A DNA stretch of 64,000 nt from contig NC_045707.1 of assembly GCF_009834535.1 (NCBI RefSeq), positions 55,802,001-55,866,000 of the forward strand, given 5' to 3'. The stretch is from Camelus ferus. Taxonomy: Eukaryota. Under the pieces are notes generated by a model. The model saw nothing but the letters and a program-made list of their open reading frames with translations, was not told the DNA's origin and did no database searches. Of this stretch, positions 39,935-52,387 are shown piece after piece. The position numbers were made by a program, and so were the translations under genes. The number at the start of each line of letters is the position of its first letter. The stretch's first letter is position 1.

Positions 39935-39987
39935 CTGTACACCAGAAACTAACACAACACTGTCAATCGACGATATTTCAAAAAAAA
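39935..39987 (+). mobile_element. about 50-bp extreme 3' tip of a young L1, with TSD
   Basis: ctgtacaccagaaactaacacaacactgtcaatcgacgatatttcaaaaaaaa matches the L1 terminus at 36897-36952. TSD aaagttgaatgcacac (39919-39934) / aaaatttaatgcacac (39984-39999). Confidence 0.85.
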
Positions 39988-40284
39988 TTTAATGCACACA
40001 GTGGTCTTTAAGGCACTGTAAATAGCTCAACATAACCCTATTCAGTAGGTATCATTATTTTAAACTTACATATTAGGAATTAGAAATGCTATTTTCCTTT
40101 CCCAAGCTAACCCAGATAATATATTACAGGGTTGGGATTCTCTGACTTCAATACAATGTCCCAGAAAAATCTTAATTTTTAAAAACAAACTCAAGATTAT
40201 TATTTTGTTGCTTTTGTTTTATGAAAATAGTGACTATTTGCAGGTTAAAAAAAAAAAAGTCCTGTATCTATCTAGACAGCTACT

Positions 40285-40700
40285 CTTTTTCCAATTCAGG
40301 AGGGAAACCTTCCATTGTGTATAGTCTATAGAAGGAAAAAAATTAAAAAAAAAAAGGTCAGTCTCCTCTCTTTGCTCTCTGGCCACCAGGGTAGATGCAT
40401 GACATTGCCTAAGCTAGTGGAATGTTCTTACTTAGGACTTGCATTCCTGAGTGAGTGACAGGAAAATGAAGGGATGGCTAGAATTTGCTCACGAGGGTGG
40501 ATGCAACCAGGCTGTGTCCTGGTCAAACTCCTTCCCTCAGGAGCTGCTATTGGATGTCCTGCTTTTTTACAGGAAGAGGCTGGGCGACCTTGTTTCTGGC
40601 TGATTCAAGCTGTGTCTTCCAGCCAGCAGTGAATTCTGTAATTCCCACAGCCTTCAAAGAGCTACAGTCAGCTTTTTTAAATTACCAACAAACACCATGA
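40285..40700 (+). mobile_element. probable old MaLR LTR (MLT1)
   Basis: ctggccaccagggtagatgcatgacattgcctaagcta and ccagcagtgaattctgtaattccca resemble MLT1K/L-type motifs. Confidence 0.45.
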
Positions 40701-43700
40701 GTAAGTGGCACAGTTGATGTACACAAATAAAATGCACACTGAACCTGACAGATAAGTTTGTGCATTGTCTCTTCTTGTAGTTCACAGTAAACCCCTTGGT
40801 TCAGCCAACTGGTTAGCAGAAGAAATCAAAGGTCTGAATCCTGCGTAACCCCAGCCAATTAGCCATCAAAACACAGTATGTTTTTCGATCATGACACACT
40901 GCTTCAGAAAACCTTCCAAGATGGTAGGTGGTAAGAGCTAGAAGCTCTTGCAGATTGTGCTGTAGTTTGGTGACCATATTTGTCGGGTAGAGAACACTAT
41001 AGAAAAAGGACAAATTCAACTTCATGATCATGTAGATAGCTCAACTATGACGTGAACAGTAGTACTTAATGCCTTGGGGTCCTGTCATTAAAATGGAGGG
41101 TTCTCTTGAAACTGTGATGTTAAAGAAGCTTTTCAGACAAGATGATGGCAAAGAGATCAGGAATAGAGGAGAAACAAAAATTAATTTTCTCAATTAGAAA
41201 ACCACATTCAAGTTTTAAAAGAGAAGGCAAACTAGCCATACCTATAAAATTGAATTTGCACTTTGGTCAAGGCAGATAAGAACTATAAAGACATATGCCA
41301 TGCAACCAAATAAATTACAGGAATAAGTGATGATAACATCTCTCTGGAGAACAGGACAATTTTTTTTTTTAATTTTTAAAGGAAAAATAATTAGAAACAC
41401 TGTCATTTTTAATGGGGTTATAGAGAAAGTAAAACCCTTGACTTAAGGCTCTAGTGGACTCATGACATGTTACAATGTGCTGTTGCAATTTATATTCTCA
41501 TAAATGTTGAAGTTCAATTTCAATATGTCAAAAAAAGTACTTTAGTCTGGAATGAAACAGTAAAAATTCTCTCGCTAGGGTATTTAATGATGGTTTCCTC
41601 CACCAAGCTATAGAATCACTTTGGTTCAGATTCATTTGGAAATTTGAACCAGAATTTGTTAGGTCATGCCCTGGAAGGGTTTTCTCCAGAGGAAAATAAA
41701 AGGCATGGAGGTAGGAAACGAGAGTAACTTAATACTACAAAGAAGTAATTGACTTTGAAGCAGATCAACCAACAGACGTCTAACATAGAAAGCACAGCTA
41801 CTATTAATATTCATTTTTGTGGACAATCAAACTCAAGGATAGATAAGGATCAAAAGAGAAAACAAGGAATTCACTAGGTAAAATGTCTTTAAAATAATAA
41901 TCAATGAAATTGAAAAAAGGCTTTTCCCCCTAAAAATGGTATGTTTTTCAAGTCTTCACTGTCTTCAGTCTTCAATTGTCAAAGAAAAATCTCTAGTTTA
42001 GAAGATTTAGTTTCTTAAGCCAGAAGTAGAATTGATGATATTCTAATGAAATAAAAATAGAGATAGTAGAACTTACTAGATTTATCATATAACTGAAAAT
42101 TAATTTTGATTCTAGGACTTGGTTTCTAAAATTAAATGGTTTTTTTATTGACTACTAATCAGTGGGCATTTGTGGCAACACATGGAAAACTGTAGGGAAA
42201 AGAGTATGTCCATTTTGTCCATGGAATCTTCATGGATAACCTGGTTTTACGCTCTACAAAGAGAGAAAATGCATGAGGAGCTGTCCGGTGTCTACTTTAC
42301 GGCGTAAGCTCTACCGCATACTCCCCTCTGCAAGAAGCATCCTGGGAGTGCTTAATAAATTTTAATTGCAAAGTGATTGAGTCATTAATCAACATTTGAA
42401 AACTGAGGAAATTAACAATATTCTACCTATTGCTTAGGGCATTCTATTAAATATTGTCTAGACATCAACCACTGGATTGTTAGAGACTGATTGCCAGACT
42501 CAGGTTCCCGGGACTATTGGGATCAAACTATTTAAAGAAGCTGATAAAATATATTTTTCCTAAATACCCATATTTTCTCTTTGTTCACTCTGTCCTTTCT
42601 GGGACAGTAAATTCTCTGTCTATGTATCACTGAAAAAATTCCATGGATTACTCCATTTTCCAGTTGCATCAATACCATGAATAAACTGCTATTATTAACC
42701 ACATTTCAAACATGATTAAAATGAGGCTTGGAGATGTTGATTACTCCCCCAAGGTAATACAGCAGGTAAGTGATTGAGCTTGGAATCAAGTACTCTAACG
42801 CAAAATAGCTGAACAACAGGATATTTGTAAGAACCAGGATGTAGCAGAAGGACATGTAATACACTGTTCTGTGGCAGATGACTGTAACAATTCCTACATC
42901 AAATACTAAGCAAGGAATAAAGCATTCTTTTTGATTATTATTTTTTAAATGGTGATTTAGATGTCAGAAATGAGGTGTGAAAAGGGGCAAACAGGGAGAA
43001 CACCTGCAATCACAGGTTTCACTTTCTGCCCAACCCCAGCTCCCAAGCTGACAGCCGGGAGCTTCACCTGACCCAGGTGAGCAGAGGACAGTTTTTAGAA
43101 CAAACAGGGTGAAGTGGACTTCTGAGTTCTGTCCCATGTACTTCGCCCTCTCCCAGAAAGGGGGGGAAAGGGAGGAACTTAAGGGAAAGGCAAAGAAATA
43201 GGGAATGAGACAAAGCAAGAACTGTGTTTGGAGACTTACTTTCTTACCCCTATGATCTCCCATGTTTGGTGGGAGGGTGGTCACAGTTAGACAGAGGGAG
43301 GAACCATGAGTTTCTGACGAGTCCAAGTAGAAGACTTGGAAGGTGGGGAAAGGGGAAAGCTGTTGGCTCTGCCAAGAGATCCCCTAGGCCATATGGATGC
43401 AAGCTTGTGTTCTGGCCACAGCACACTTTACAAAGGCCAGGAATGAAATGGTGAGTAAGAAAAATTACTCTTACCAGCAAACAGCACTGGGTCCAGATGG
43501 GGAACTATCCTCATGTAACACGTCACCCTGAGAGTCGACATTACGTCCTGTATCTAGAGAATACAGATGTAATCACTATGCCAACAGTAGACTGATCAAC
43601 TGGAGACCCATGGAGGCTCCTTGCTCACCATGAACTCCTGCCCACTGTGGACGCGGGGCCCTCTCCCTCTGCCGTGATCTGTGGCTCCTCAGAGCCAGCA

Positions 43701-44779
43701 AACACACAGAGCTAGTGAAAGCCTAGATAGTGTCTGTAGACTGGACTACGGAGCAAACCTTGAATTCTGAAGAAACTGCTGCATTAGGTTGTTTATATTC
43801 ATGACGTCTTTAGATTCAGTTTTTCCACCATCAGTGAAAAGGTAGGCTCAGAGCGAAAACAAACAGTAACAAAAGTCACAAACAAATGTCCTCATTCGAT
43901 TACTACAGAATTCCGTTTTTGCACACGGGACTACAAAACTTACATCTGTTAAAAAATATAGAAATACATTTCACACAGCTAATGCCTCTCTCTGGTATTA
44001 TTTTATGACAAAAAAAGTATCTTTTGGAACACAGGGTTAGGGCTCAATACCCTTGTAAGAAAAGATGTATAAAAGAAATCTGGGAATCAATTACATTATA
44101 AAACAACAACTTAATATACCCTGTAAAATGTTTGAGGAGAATCTGATTAAAAGAATCATTGATGATTACCTACGTTTGTATGTATTCTGTGAGGATTATA
44201 AAAATTAAAGGTTGGCAAATTTAAAATCACTTCCTTGAAAAACTAAAAAATAAAAACTCAAGTAGCATTGAGAAGACTCCTTAAATATAATTATTAACAG
44301 TTGTCAATTGTCAATCTTGAATTAAAATTATTTAATATGGATAATGACCACTGTTCAACTCATACAAAAGATAATATTTTATTAAATAAAGTCTTGGTGA
44401 TTATTTTCAAGGATAACTTATGAGCAGCATTTTTTTTTTCAAGAACTAGATCTATTTGTTCCTATATCATGAAAGTAGAGTGAACCAGTAGCAAAGATAT
44501 CCTGGGTCCCTGCCAACTTGCTAAACTTACACTTAGCTGTAAGTTACTCAAAGCAGAGCTAAATTTTAATTCTAGTTGATAAACTGTACAGTAGCAACAG
44601 CAGTAGAACAGAAACAAACAAGAACATAAAAATGTAGAGAAAATCTTAAAATAGCAAAACCAGAGTCACATATATGTAAAAATAATGAAGCAGAAAAGGG
44701 CCTTATAATGAAACTCCTAGAATACACCATTTATGATCATCAAGCCTTCTTAAATAAAACTTTGTCAGGACATCATGAC

Positions 44780-44975
44780 CTGTAGGCAACCGTTGCAACA
44801 CTAAATATAAAGAACAGAGAGGCAGAGGAAACGGAGCAGTAACAGGAAAAGATTGCTGTTGGTTTAGTGTTAGAAAAATATTCCTTGAAGTTAGAAATTG
44901 CTTGATGCGCCCGTTAAGAGTTTGAGACCATTCTTTCATGGCCTCAAATCTTTCAGGGCTGCTAAGGACAGGTGA
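44780..44975 (+). mobile_element. possible CR1/L3 LINE 3' fragment
   Basis: aggaaaagatt...ttagtgttagaaaaatattccttgaagttaga resembles the CR1 ORF2 end; very diverged. Confidence 0.35.
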
Positions 44976-45129
44976 AGCTGATATCTAGAACGATTACTAA
45001 TGTACTGGATATTGGTAATGTCAACTCTAACATTCCTCTATAGCAAATTACTTATGTTCAAGGTGAAATGCTTGGGTGGGGATAAGGGGTTGAGAGGGAT
45101 GAGAAGGAAAGGCAAGACGGACCTTGCCT

Positions 45130-45288
45130 GCAGGGGTGGTCCAAGAACCAACATCATAAGCAACACCTGGGACTTGTTAGATGGGTAAAACCTCAGGCAG
45201 GCACCATCCAAACGCAAGAAATCAGAATATGCAGTTTCACAAGATCTCCGGGTGACTGACACATATATTCACGGCAGAGGGGCACTGG
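45130..45288. mobile_element. MER5A1-like hAT element
   Basis: gtggtcc...cacctgggacttgttaga...aatcagaatatgcagtttcacaagatctccgggtga...gcactg. Confidence 0.75.
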
Positions 45289-45531
45289 GTAGGGAAACGT
45301 CTACCTCCAACCTCATCTGCCACGCCCCTTTCCTTTAAAGACCTTATAACCCATGACTACCTAGTTGAAATAAGCCCCTCTTGACCAAAAGTTTGTGATA
45401 AACTACAATTTATAAGCAGAAAACCCAGTAATTTTTCAAGTGGTCTCTGGTAATCTGGAAGTGTCAAAGAAGCAAGCAAATGGCTTAAAGGGCCTTGGAA
45501 ATGCATCTATCTCCAATGTCCAACCTGTATA

Positions 45532-45534
45532 TGT

Positions 45535-45572
<38 letters not shown>
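45532..45572 (+). repeat. (TG/CG)n microsatellite
   Basis: Read directly from the sequence. Confidence 0.95.
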
Positions 45573-45577
<5 letters not shown>

Positions 45578-46109
45578 CAATCTGCGCCGAGAAAATAGAA
45601 TGATTTTGATCCTTTATCGCTTAAAAACTTGAATTTTATGTCACTTTCAGTGAAATTATTTGAGAATGAAAATTGAAAGGTAATTCTTTCTCATATATTC
45701 ACTCTACTCTCTAGAAGCTAGAGAAACCATGGGAACCAGTTGGTAGAGTGCAATTTTGCTTTCTTTACTTTAGGAAGCAGTGACGATGTGGGCCCTTACA
45801 CCTGGAAAAAAGGTAACTGCACGCTTATCTCAGCAGTGTGTCCTTCTTCAGACAACATACTATGATGGTATTTCTAAAATCTTAATATCCCTTTGGGAGT
45901 ACAGACTTAAATTTCTCTCTCCTATGGCTATAAATCTACTTTCTAAAATTAACTATAAAGGGATAATTTAATAACTTTGGAAAGATCTTACTATGTAAGG
46001 CTTACACATTTGATGACCTATTATTCTCTATAAATCCTGTTTCCATTAATAAACTGAGGAATCACAGCTTCTAGGTAATCCCCCAGTTACAAAGATATGA
46101 GGGAGCCAA

Positions 46110-46340
46110 AGAGACACAGTGAAAACAGTATTATACTTGGTCAGAATACACTAAGTTTAAATTTCAGCTTTGCCAACTGTGGGAAATAGCAATCTTCTTT
46201 GACCTTCAGTCTCTTCTTCATCTGTAAAACGGGACTAGTGGTGTCTATTTCACATATATGCAATTATAACTAAGAGGGTGACATATAAAATAAAAAATAT
46301 GGTGCCAGGCAGATAGGAGATACTCCAATAAATGCTACTT
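46110..46340 (+). mobile_element. MIR
   Basis: ccttcagtctcttcttcatctgtaaaacggga...ggtgccaggcagataggagatactccaataaatgcta. Confidence 0.85.
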
Positions 46341-46761
46341 TTGTTCCTTCATTACCCTGTAAGTGGATTAAAAACAAAAACAAAAACAACTTTCCACCAC
46401 AGCCCATGAAAACTGTGAATAAGTTAAGTCTGTTTTAGTGCCTCTAGACTTCCTCTCAGGTGTAAAATACCTTCCTGCACTTTCTAGCTTCCCCAGTTCT
46501 GGGAGAACATTGAATAAACCCATTCATACTTCTAACAGAATAACTGATTCAGTGATTTCCTTTCCCAACTCTATAGACATACCTCTACTTAGTTTTAGTA
46601 TTTTAAAATCTTTTGATATTTTCCTTTGATGATAACCAATCTGCTTTTTTTTTTTTTTATGCTCTCATCTGGAAACATTCAGTACTTTTTCCATTTTATT
46701 TTAAGTACTAAAAGTGTCAACACGTGTGGTCAACATTCATTATGTGAAGCCATTCAACATC

Positions 46762-47224
46762 TGTGATCACCCTCCCTGGAAATATATTTGGTAATTGGCC
46801 ATAATGTGGGTCCTGTCTTCCTGAACCAGGCAGAAACCAGAAATTCCCTCATCTTCCAACTTTCTTTCAGCCAAGGTATCAGCACATGACCCAGATTCCA
46901 CCAATCACAGGCAACCTCAAAAGACTCAAAGTCAGATGAAAGCATCATGGGGAGACAGCTGCACCCAGAAGAATCATCTTCTAATGAACATGGTGCTTGC
47001 TCTACTTGGTTCCTCGTGGGTGGTGGTGGGAGAGCTCCAGACTGGAAAAGCTGCTAAGCCTCAAGGAAAGCCTGGTGGTTAGGCATTATTTCTGGCTGTG
47101 TAGAGTGCTCTCGAGCCTGTGGGAGAGTCTGGGGGCTATAGAAGATTCTACAGCAAATCCTGTTTCTGCTTAAACTGCTAAGAGTGGATGCTTTTGTTTG
47201 CAAGTAAAAACCGTGACCCATACA
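46762..47224 (+). mobile_element. MaLR LTR (old MLT1 family)
   Basis: gcacatgacccagattccaccaatca and the 3' end aaatcctgtttctgcttaaactgctaagagtggatgcttttgtttgcaagtaaaaaccgtgacccataca. Confidence 0.8.
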
Positions 47225-47397
47225 AGTAGACAATTTTAGGAGCAGATTTATTTTCATTAATTTTGCTTTCAATATGATGATTAAAGACCTTCATCTTATC
47301 TTGGAAATTTTCTCTATTTATTGATGATTGCTTATCTGCTCCATGTTCTCCTTCAGAAATTTTCTATTTACATTAACTTTATACAACTAAACAAATG

Positions 47398-47620
47398 AAA
47401 TTATATATGTATATATGCTGTATATAACTACATACCCATATATACAGCTTACAATTATACACATATTTATATATACACAGACAAAAGTATATATCACATA
47501 TTACATAAACACTACATATATACTATACATGTGTATATATTTAACTGTATATATACAACTATAGTTGTATATACTACATATAATTGTACAAACATACGTA
47601 TATGAGTATATATACACTAT
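47398..47620. repeat. TA/CA-rich low-complexity tract
   Basis: Degenerate (TA)n/(TACA)n sequence. Confidence 0.85.
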
Positions 47621-47844
47621 TATCAATCTATCCTCAATCTTTCATCCTTTCAGTTATCATTTTCATGTTTTTAGTATTCTCCATTAAGTTCTAAGAAAAT
47701 ATATATAACCTAAATTATCAACCTAGTAATTTTACATTGCCTTCACTGTACTTATTAACTCAGAAAGTCTATTAATTGCTTAGTAATATTTTGTGTTATA
47801 TATAGCTCCTCTTTCCAATCTATTTTATTTTCACAGATATACTC

Positions 47845-48210
47845 TGTATCAGTTAGGTCAGGTTAGGGTACCCTGTGATAATAAACACATCCTAAATCTC
47901 AGTGAATTAAGACAAAATTTATTTTGCACTCAGTCAGCCTGTCCAGTGTAGGGGAGAGGGGAGGTTTGTCTCTCTTTGCTTATTTCAGCATCTATTTCCA
48001 CAATTTCCAAGTCAGAAAAAGGGAAAAGCACTGACTTTTACAGTTTTGGCTCAGAAGTGACATACATCACATTCACACACAATGACCCCAATAAGACCTA
48101 CGAAGTTCTTCAACTTGGAAGAAGGCAGGAAAGTGCAATCCTATTATGCCTTCCAAAGGTGAAAGGCCAAATATATTTGGTGAATAGCATCAGTATTTCC
48201 TTATCACACA
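47845..48210 (-). mobile_element. MaLR LTR (MLT1, antisense)
   Basis: tgtatcagttagg...ctgtgataataaaca...aaatctcagtgaattaagacaaaatttattt and cagaagtgacatacatcac. Confidence 0.7.
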
Positions 48211-49734
48211 GTGTTCTTGACAATCACTGTGACAACAGGAATTAGAAATGTTTTAACTCCAGACAGAAAAGATCTTTATCCATGATTGGGAATTAAATGG
48301 GTCTGTTAGAAATTTCTGAAACTTCAAGCCTCTTGAAGGTTCCAATAAGATAAAGATTTTGCTCCTTGATGGCCTCTTCCAAGTAGGATGACTTTTTTTT
48401 TTTTTCCGGCATTTGTGATAAAAAGGTTTTTTTCCTCATTAATAGATTCTTTGGGTCATTTCATTGAGAAATAGTCAAGGAAAGAGAAGTTAAATAAGTG
48501 TGCTTCAAACCCTATCTTGAACTGTAACATTTTCTAAATCGCTGATTTTGGATGTTAGGTCAATCATGAATCTGGCTAACCAAGACACAACCAGGGAGAC
48601 ATCTGCCCTCTCTCACACCCAACTGATGACCAAACCTTGCCAATACTGTCTCCTCTGAATATCTTAGAAAAGAACACAGCTCTTGAAGAAAATATTAATA
48701 CCAACTCAGTTTAGAACAATTTGGCATCCCCAGGGTGCCATGTTAGATGTAACATTGAATAAGCAAAATCTTGGCAGCTAACCATTCTGATAAGGCTGTA
48801 TTCAAGGGAAAAACTAATAACCTTTCTTATTCTTTTCAGCAAAGTCCAAAATGCTCTTGATTAATAAAGAAAGACGCTGGGGTTCAGCTTGCACAGTAAG
48901 CATTCAAGAAATACTTGAATTTGTCAGAGATGAAAAAATAAGTAAAAACATTCATAGGGACTGCCACCGAGTTGAACATGATATGGCCAGGCTGCTGTGG
49001 TCATACTTGCAATCAATATAGGAAGGCACTGACTGAATGTAAGTTAATGAGGAATGCAGACTGCAGAAAGCTAGAGAAGGTTTTGAAAAAGAAATCCTAA
49101 AGATTTCCACATTGCCAACGTATAACAAAAACTTTCCGCTGGTTTCTAGCACTATGGTAACTAAGGTAAAGTTACCAACGATAAATTTAACAAGGACATT
49201 TTTTAAAATGTTCTTATAACGTGTTTCCACTGGTAGACCTTGAATTTCAGCTACTGATATACTAGGTAGCAAAACGCCTTGCTGATGAAAGTATCTATTA
49301 TGATTAAGATGAATTAGCTTGTAGAAACTTGTGCGTTCTCATCCTTGCAAATGTTTTGTTGTGATTAAAAGCACAGTATTTTATTCATGAAGAACACAAA
49401 AGTCCTCTTTCCAATAACAGCACCTAACCTTGTCATGTAAAATTACAGTGTCTTTTGAAAATTATCCTCCCATTGAAGGTTCTTGCAAACTGGCTACAGT
49501 TTATTTTAAAAATGTATCAACAACAAATTGAACCCTGATTTCTCCTTGTAGATATCTGCACTAATATGGAGTGAGGGTATGCAACTGAAACCTCACAGTA
49601 CATGCTTTCCACTCAAATAAATTTTGAATTTTTTATTTAAAACTTACTAAAAGCCAAGGAGGAAACCACTAAAATACAGTTATAACAATAATCTCAAATT
49701 ATAAATCCAAGGTAATCTATAAAACCTGCTTTAA

Positions 49735-50105
49735 CTATTGGTTCCTGGGGAAGATGGGTAGGTAGAAGGCTGTGGTTATAAAAGGACAAGAGGTATGCTT
49801 GTGGTGATGGAAATCGTCTGCATTTTGACTGGAGTGATGGATACATAAAACAATACATGTGATAAAAGTGCACACAAGTAAATACACACAGATAGAAAGA
49901 TACACAGGGGTACAAGTAAAACTGGGGAAACCCAATAAAACCAGTAGGTGGACTGCATCAATGTCAATTTCTTGGTTTTGAGACTGACCATATGGTAGTT
50001 TTATAAGATACTACCATTGGGGAAACTGGATAAATGGTTATAGGAACTTTTCTGTGTTATTTCTTAACTGCATGCAAATCTACAATGATCTCAAAAAAAA
50101 ATTTT
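49735..50105 (+). mobile_element. L1MC-like 3' UTR end
   Basis: gcttgtggtgatggaaa...catgtgataaaagtgcac...taccattggggaaactgg...atttcttaactgcatgcaaatctacaatgatctcaaaa. Confidence 0.85.
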
Positions 50106-51065
50106 TTTTAATGTTCCTCTACTTTTCTCAAAAGTCCATGTTTTAAAACCATCTAAATGTGGACCAACTCCTCTGTTATTTTCCGTCTAATGTAAGAGTA
50201 ATCTACGTAATTAGAAACTTGTCCCTAGAAACCAGGCTCAGAGCTCATAGTGTGAACATCACCTAATGAAGCATGTAAGTGGAGATTTAACAAAGTGAAA
50301 TCCAGACGAGAGTGTGTGAAAAGGGGTATATGTATGGCTAATAGAACGAATAATACTTTTTAAACAACTGTTTAAAACATTTGAGTTTCTTAAAACATTC
50401 TTCTTTAAACACATTGACTTTCATTTTATAGTCACAAAATAATTGTTGATCTGCCTTTTAATCGTTTTGCCATTACTGTAATTAGCTTTCAAAATAATCT
50501 TTCTGAAAACATAAGCACTAATGGTCTAAAAACATATTGTTTCAATATATAGCAGCAGTGCCAATTATAGGGCCATTCTGAGAATTTCATAGGCCTTAAG
50601 TATATTTGTATTTTATAATCAGCTCCACTACCAAGCATAATAAAATGTATCCACATGCCCTAGTCAATATAATTAATATAAAATCACATATACTGAGATG
50701 CAGTTGACTAACTGACATAATATTTAGCTTTGGAGACACTGAACTAGATAGATACTAATTTCAATTTTGCAATTTTCTTTTTGTGTTTTAAGGCCAATAA
50801 TTTTTGAAGGAAAGGGGAAAGGGACCCTAATAATTTTCAGAGAGTCCTAAAAGCTCATATATCCCATGTGCTGTGCACATAAACAATAATGAATTAAACA
50901 GACCTAATTTTAACACGGTTAAGTAGCATAATTCTCTTAATTCTCTTTCAAAATGTGCAATAAGGTGGTACGGTACAGAAATTAATATAATTAATTTAAT
51001 TCTATTAGTTTTATATAATTAAAGCTATAGTGTGGGTCTTTTAAGGTACAGTGGCAAAAGCTAAC

Positions 51066-51180
51066 CTGAGCATGTGGGCAGCATTGAAGACCACATCAAA
51101 CTCTGTGCTGTCCAGTTCAGCTGCTTTTTTTGCCATCTCGGCTGCTTCTATGAGGCGAGCTTCTTCCAGAAGAAACTGAC
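51066..51180 (-). CDS. TMTC2: TMTC2 internal coding exon (TPR region; probably exon 10 of 12), 115 nt
   Basis: Minus strand reads ttgcag|GT CAG TTT CTT CTG GAA ... CAC ATG CTC AG|gttagc, translating (G)QFLLEEARLIEAAEMAKKAAELDSTEFDVVFNAAHML(R), which I recognise as TMTC2 C-terminal TPR sequence. Exon number is recalled from human, not verified. Confidence 0.95.
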
Positions 51181-52311
51181 CTGCAAAGTAGGAAGTCAAG
51201 TGAGTTTAAACTTGGAATAATAATCCTGTGAAACAATTAAAGCTGCTATAAGCGAAAAGTTTAAGTACAGTGGGAAGGGTGATATAAAGCAAAGATTTAT
51301 GCGTGCCCGACATCTGTGTGCTTATTATTCAGTCACATTTTATATGCTTTTTCCTTCATTGCAGGACATCCCATTGTACCCAGTGTGGTACATTAACAAC
51401 ATTTTTTTTCCTTACAAATCCTCCATAGACTACTGAGGCAAGAAATAAAATGAACAAATTTAGGGATATATTACAAATATGAACATTTTAAAAATACATA
51501 CATAAAAAAGACTGCTGGGAAGATTATGTTTTCTGATGGTCAAAGTGTTTGCAGTTGAAGGCACTATATTAGCTCCACTGCTAAATCTACAGCCTGGGTG
51601 TAACTTATTTCAATAAGCCACCAATCAACTGGTTTAAACATCATTTGTTGCACCTATAAAGTTGTCACTACAATAATCATATGTTGTACCACTAGTATAA
51701 AATTTAATTATTAGCTTTAAGCCTCTGAGATCCTAAGATGATAGATGCTTTGTAGGAAAAAAAAAGATACATTACAAGATACATTTGATTTTAATTACTG
51801 GTCCTTTAAAACAGCTTCTGTCTCTGATGCATATGCACAAACAGGGCTATCTCTACTGATTAATGTAACTGATTTAAGTTACATTAAAATTGTTAAAAGA
51901 ACAAAAAAAGGTTGGTTTAGCATTACCTTAATTAGGTCGACTAATAAACATGGAAGAAATACTGACAAACTCAGATTTTTGAGATTACTTTCACGTTAGT
52001 TTTGCAAGGTTAGGATTATTGTGCATAGAATCACATAATTCTTTAAAACTGTACCTCGAGAATTGTTATATGATACTATTCCAGAATCATACTGTAAATT
52101 CAAAGAAAACAACATAAAAGTTGGGCCCAATTTTAAGGCTGTAAGTAAACAGAGAGAACAGGCTGCTTTTTTATAGCTGGGGATTTATTAACAGCAAAAG
52201 TAATGATGTTAAGCCTTATCTGATACAGATACTAAAATGAAAATCTAATCAACAGATGACAGAGATACACAGAAACCATTCGCACAGCTGACAGGCTTCA
52301 GTTATTTTCTA

Positions 52312-52387
52312 AAAGAGATACTGGGGATTGAACCCAGGACCTCGTGCATGCTAAGGACACACTCTACCACTGAGCTATGCCCTCCCC
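52312..52387 (-). mobile_element. tRNA-derived camelid SINE (Vic-1 type)
   Basis: Reverse complement ggggagggcatagctcagtggtagag...gaggtcctgggttcaatccccagta with intact A and B boxes. TSD cagttattttcta (52299-52311) / cagttgttttcta (52393-52405). Confidence 0.9.

Larger units (their letters stand above)
39762..51065 (-). other. TMTC2: TMTC2 intron between the two exons (11.3 kb, GT-AG, phase 2)
   Basis: GT at 51065-51064 and CAG at 39764-39762 on the minus strand; the junction keeps the reading frame. Confidence 0.9.

Noticed and set aside
41620..41654. Short hairpin tggttcagatt...aatttgaacca
   Set aside because: An 11-bp imperfect stem is expected by chance in 64 kb of AT-rich DNA.
47556..47569. 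14-bp palindrome acaactatagttgt
   Set aside because: Lies within a TA-rich low-complexity tract where palindromes are common.
50545..50870. Possible old hAT/Tip100-type DNA transposon relic
   Set aside because: Only a vague resemblance, with no clear terminal inverted repeats or TSD.
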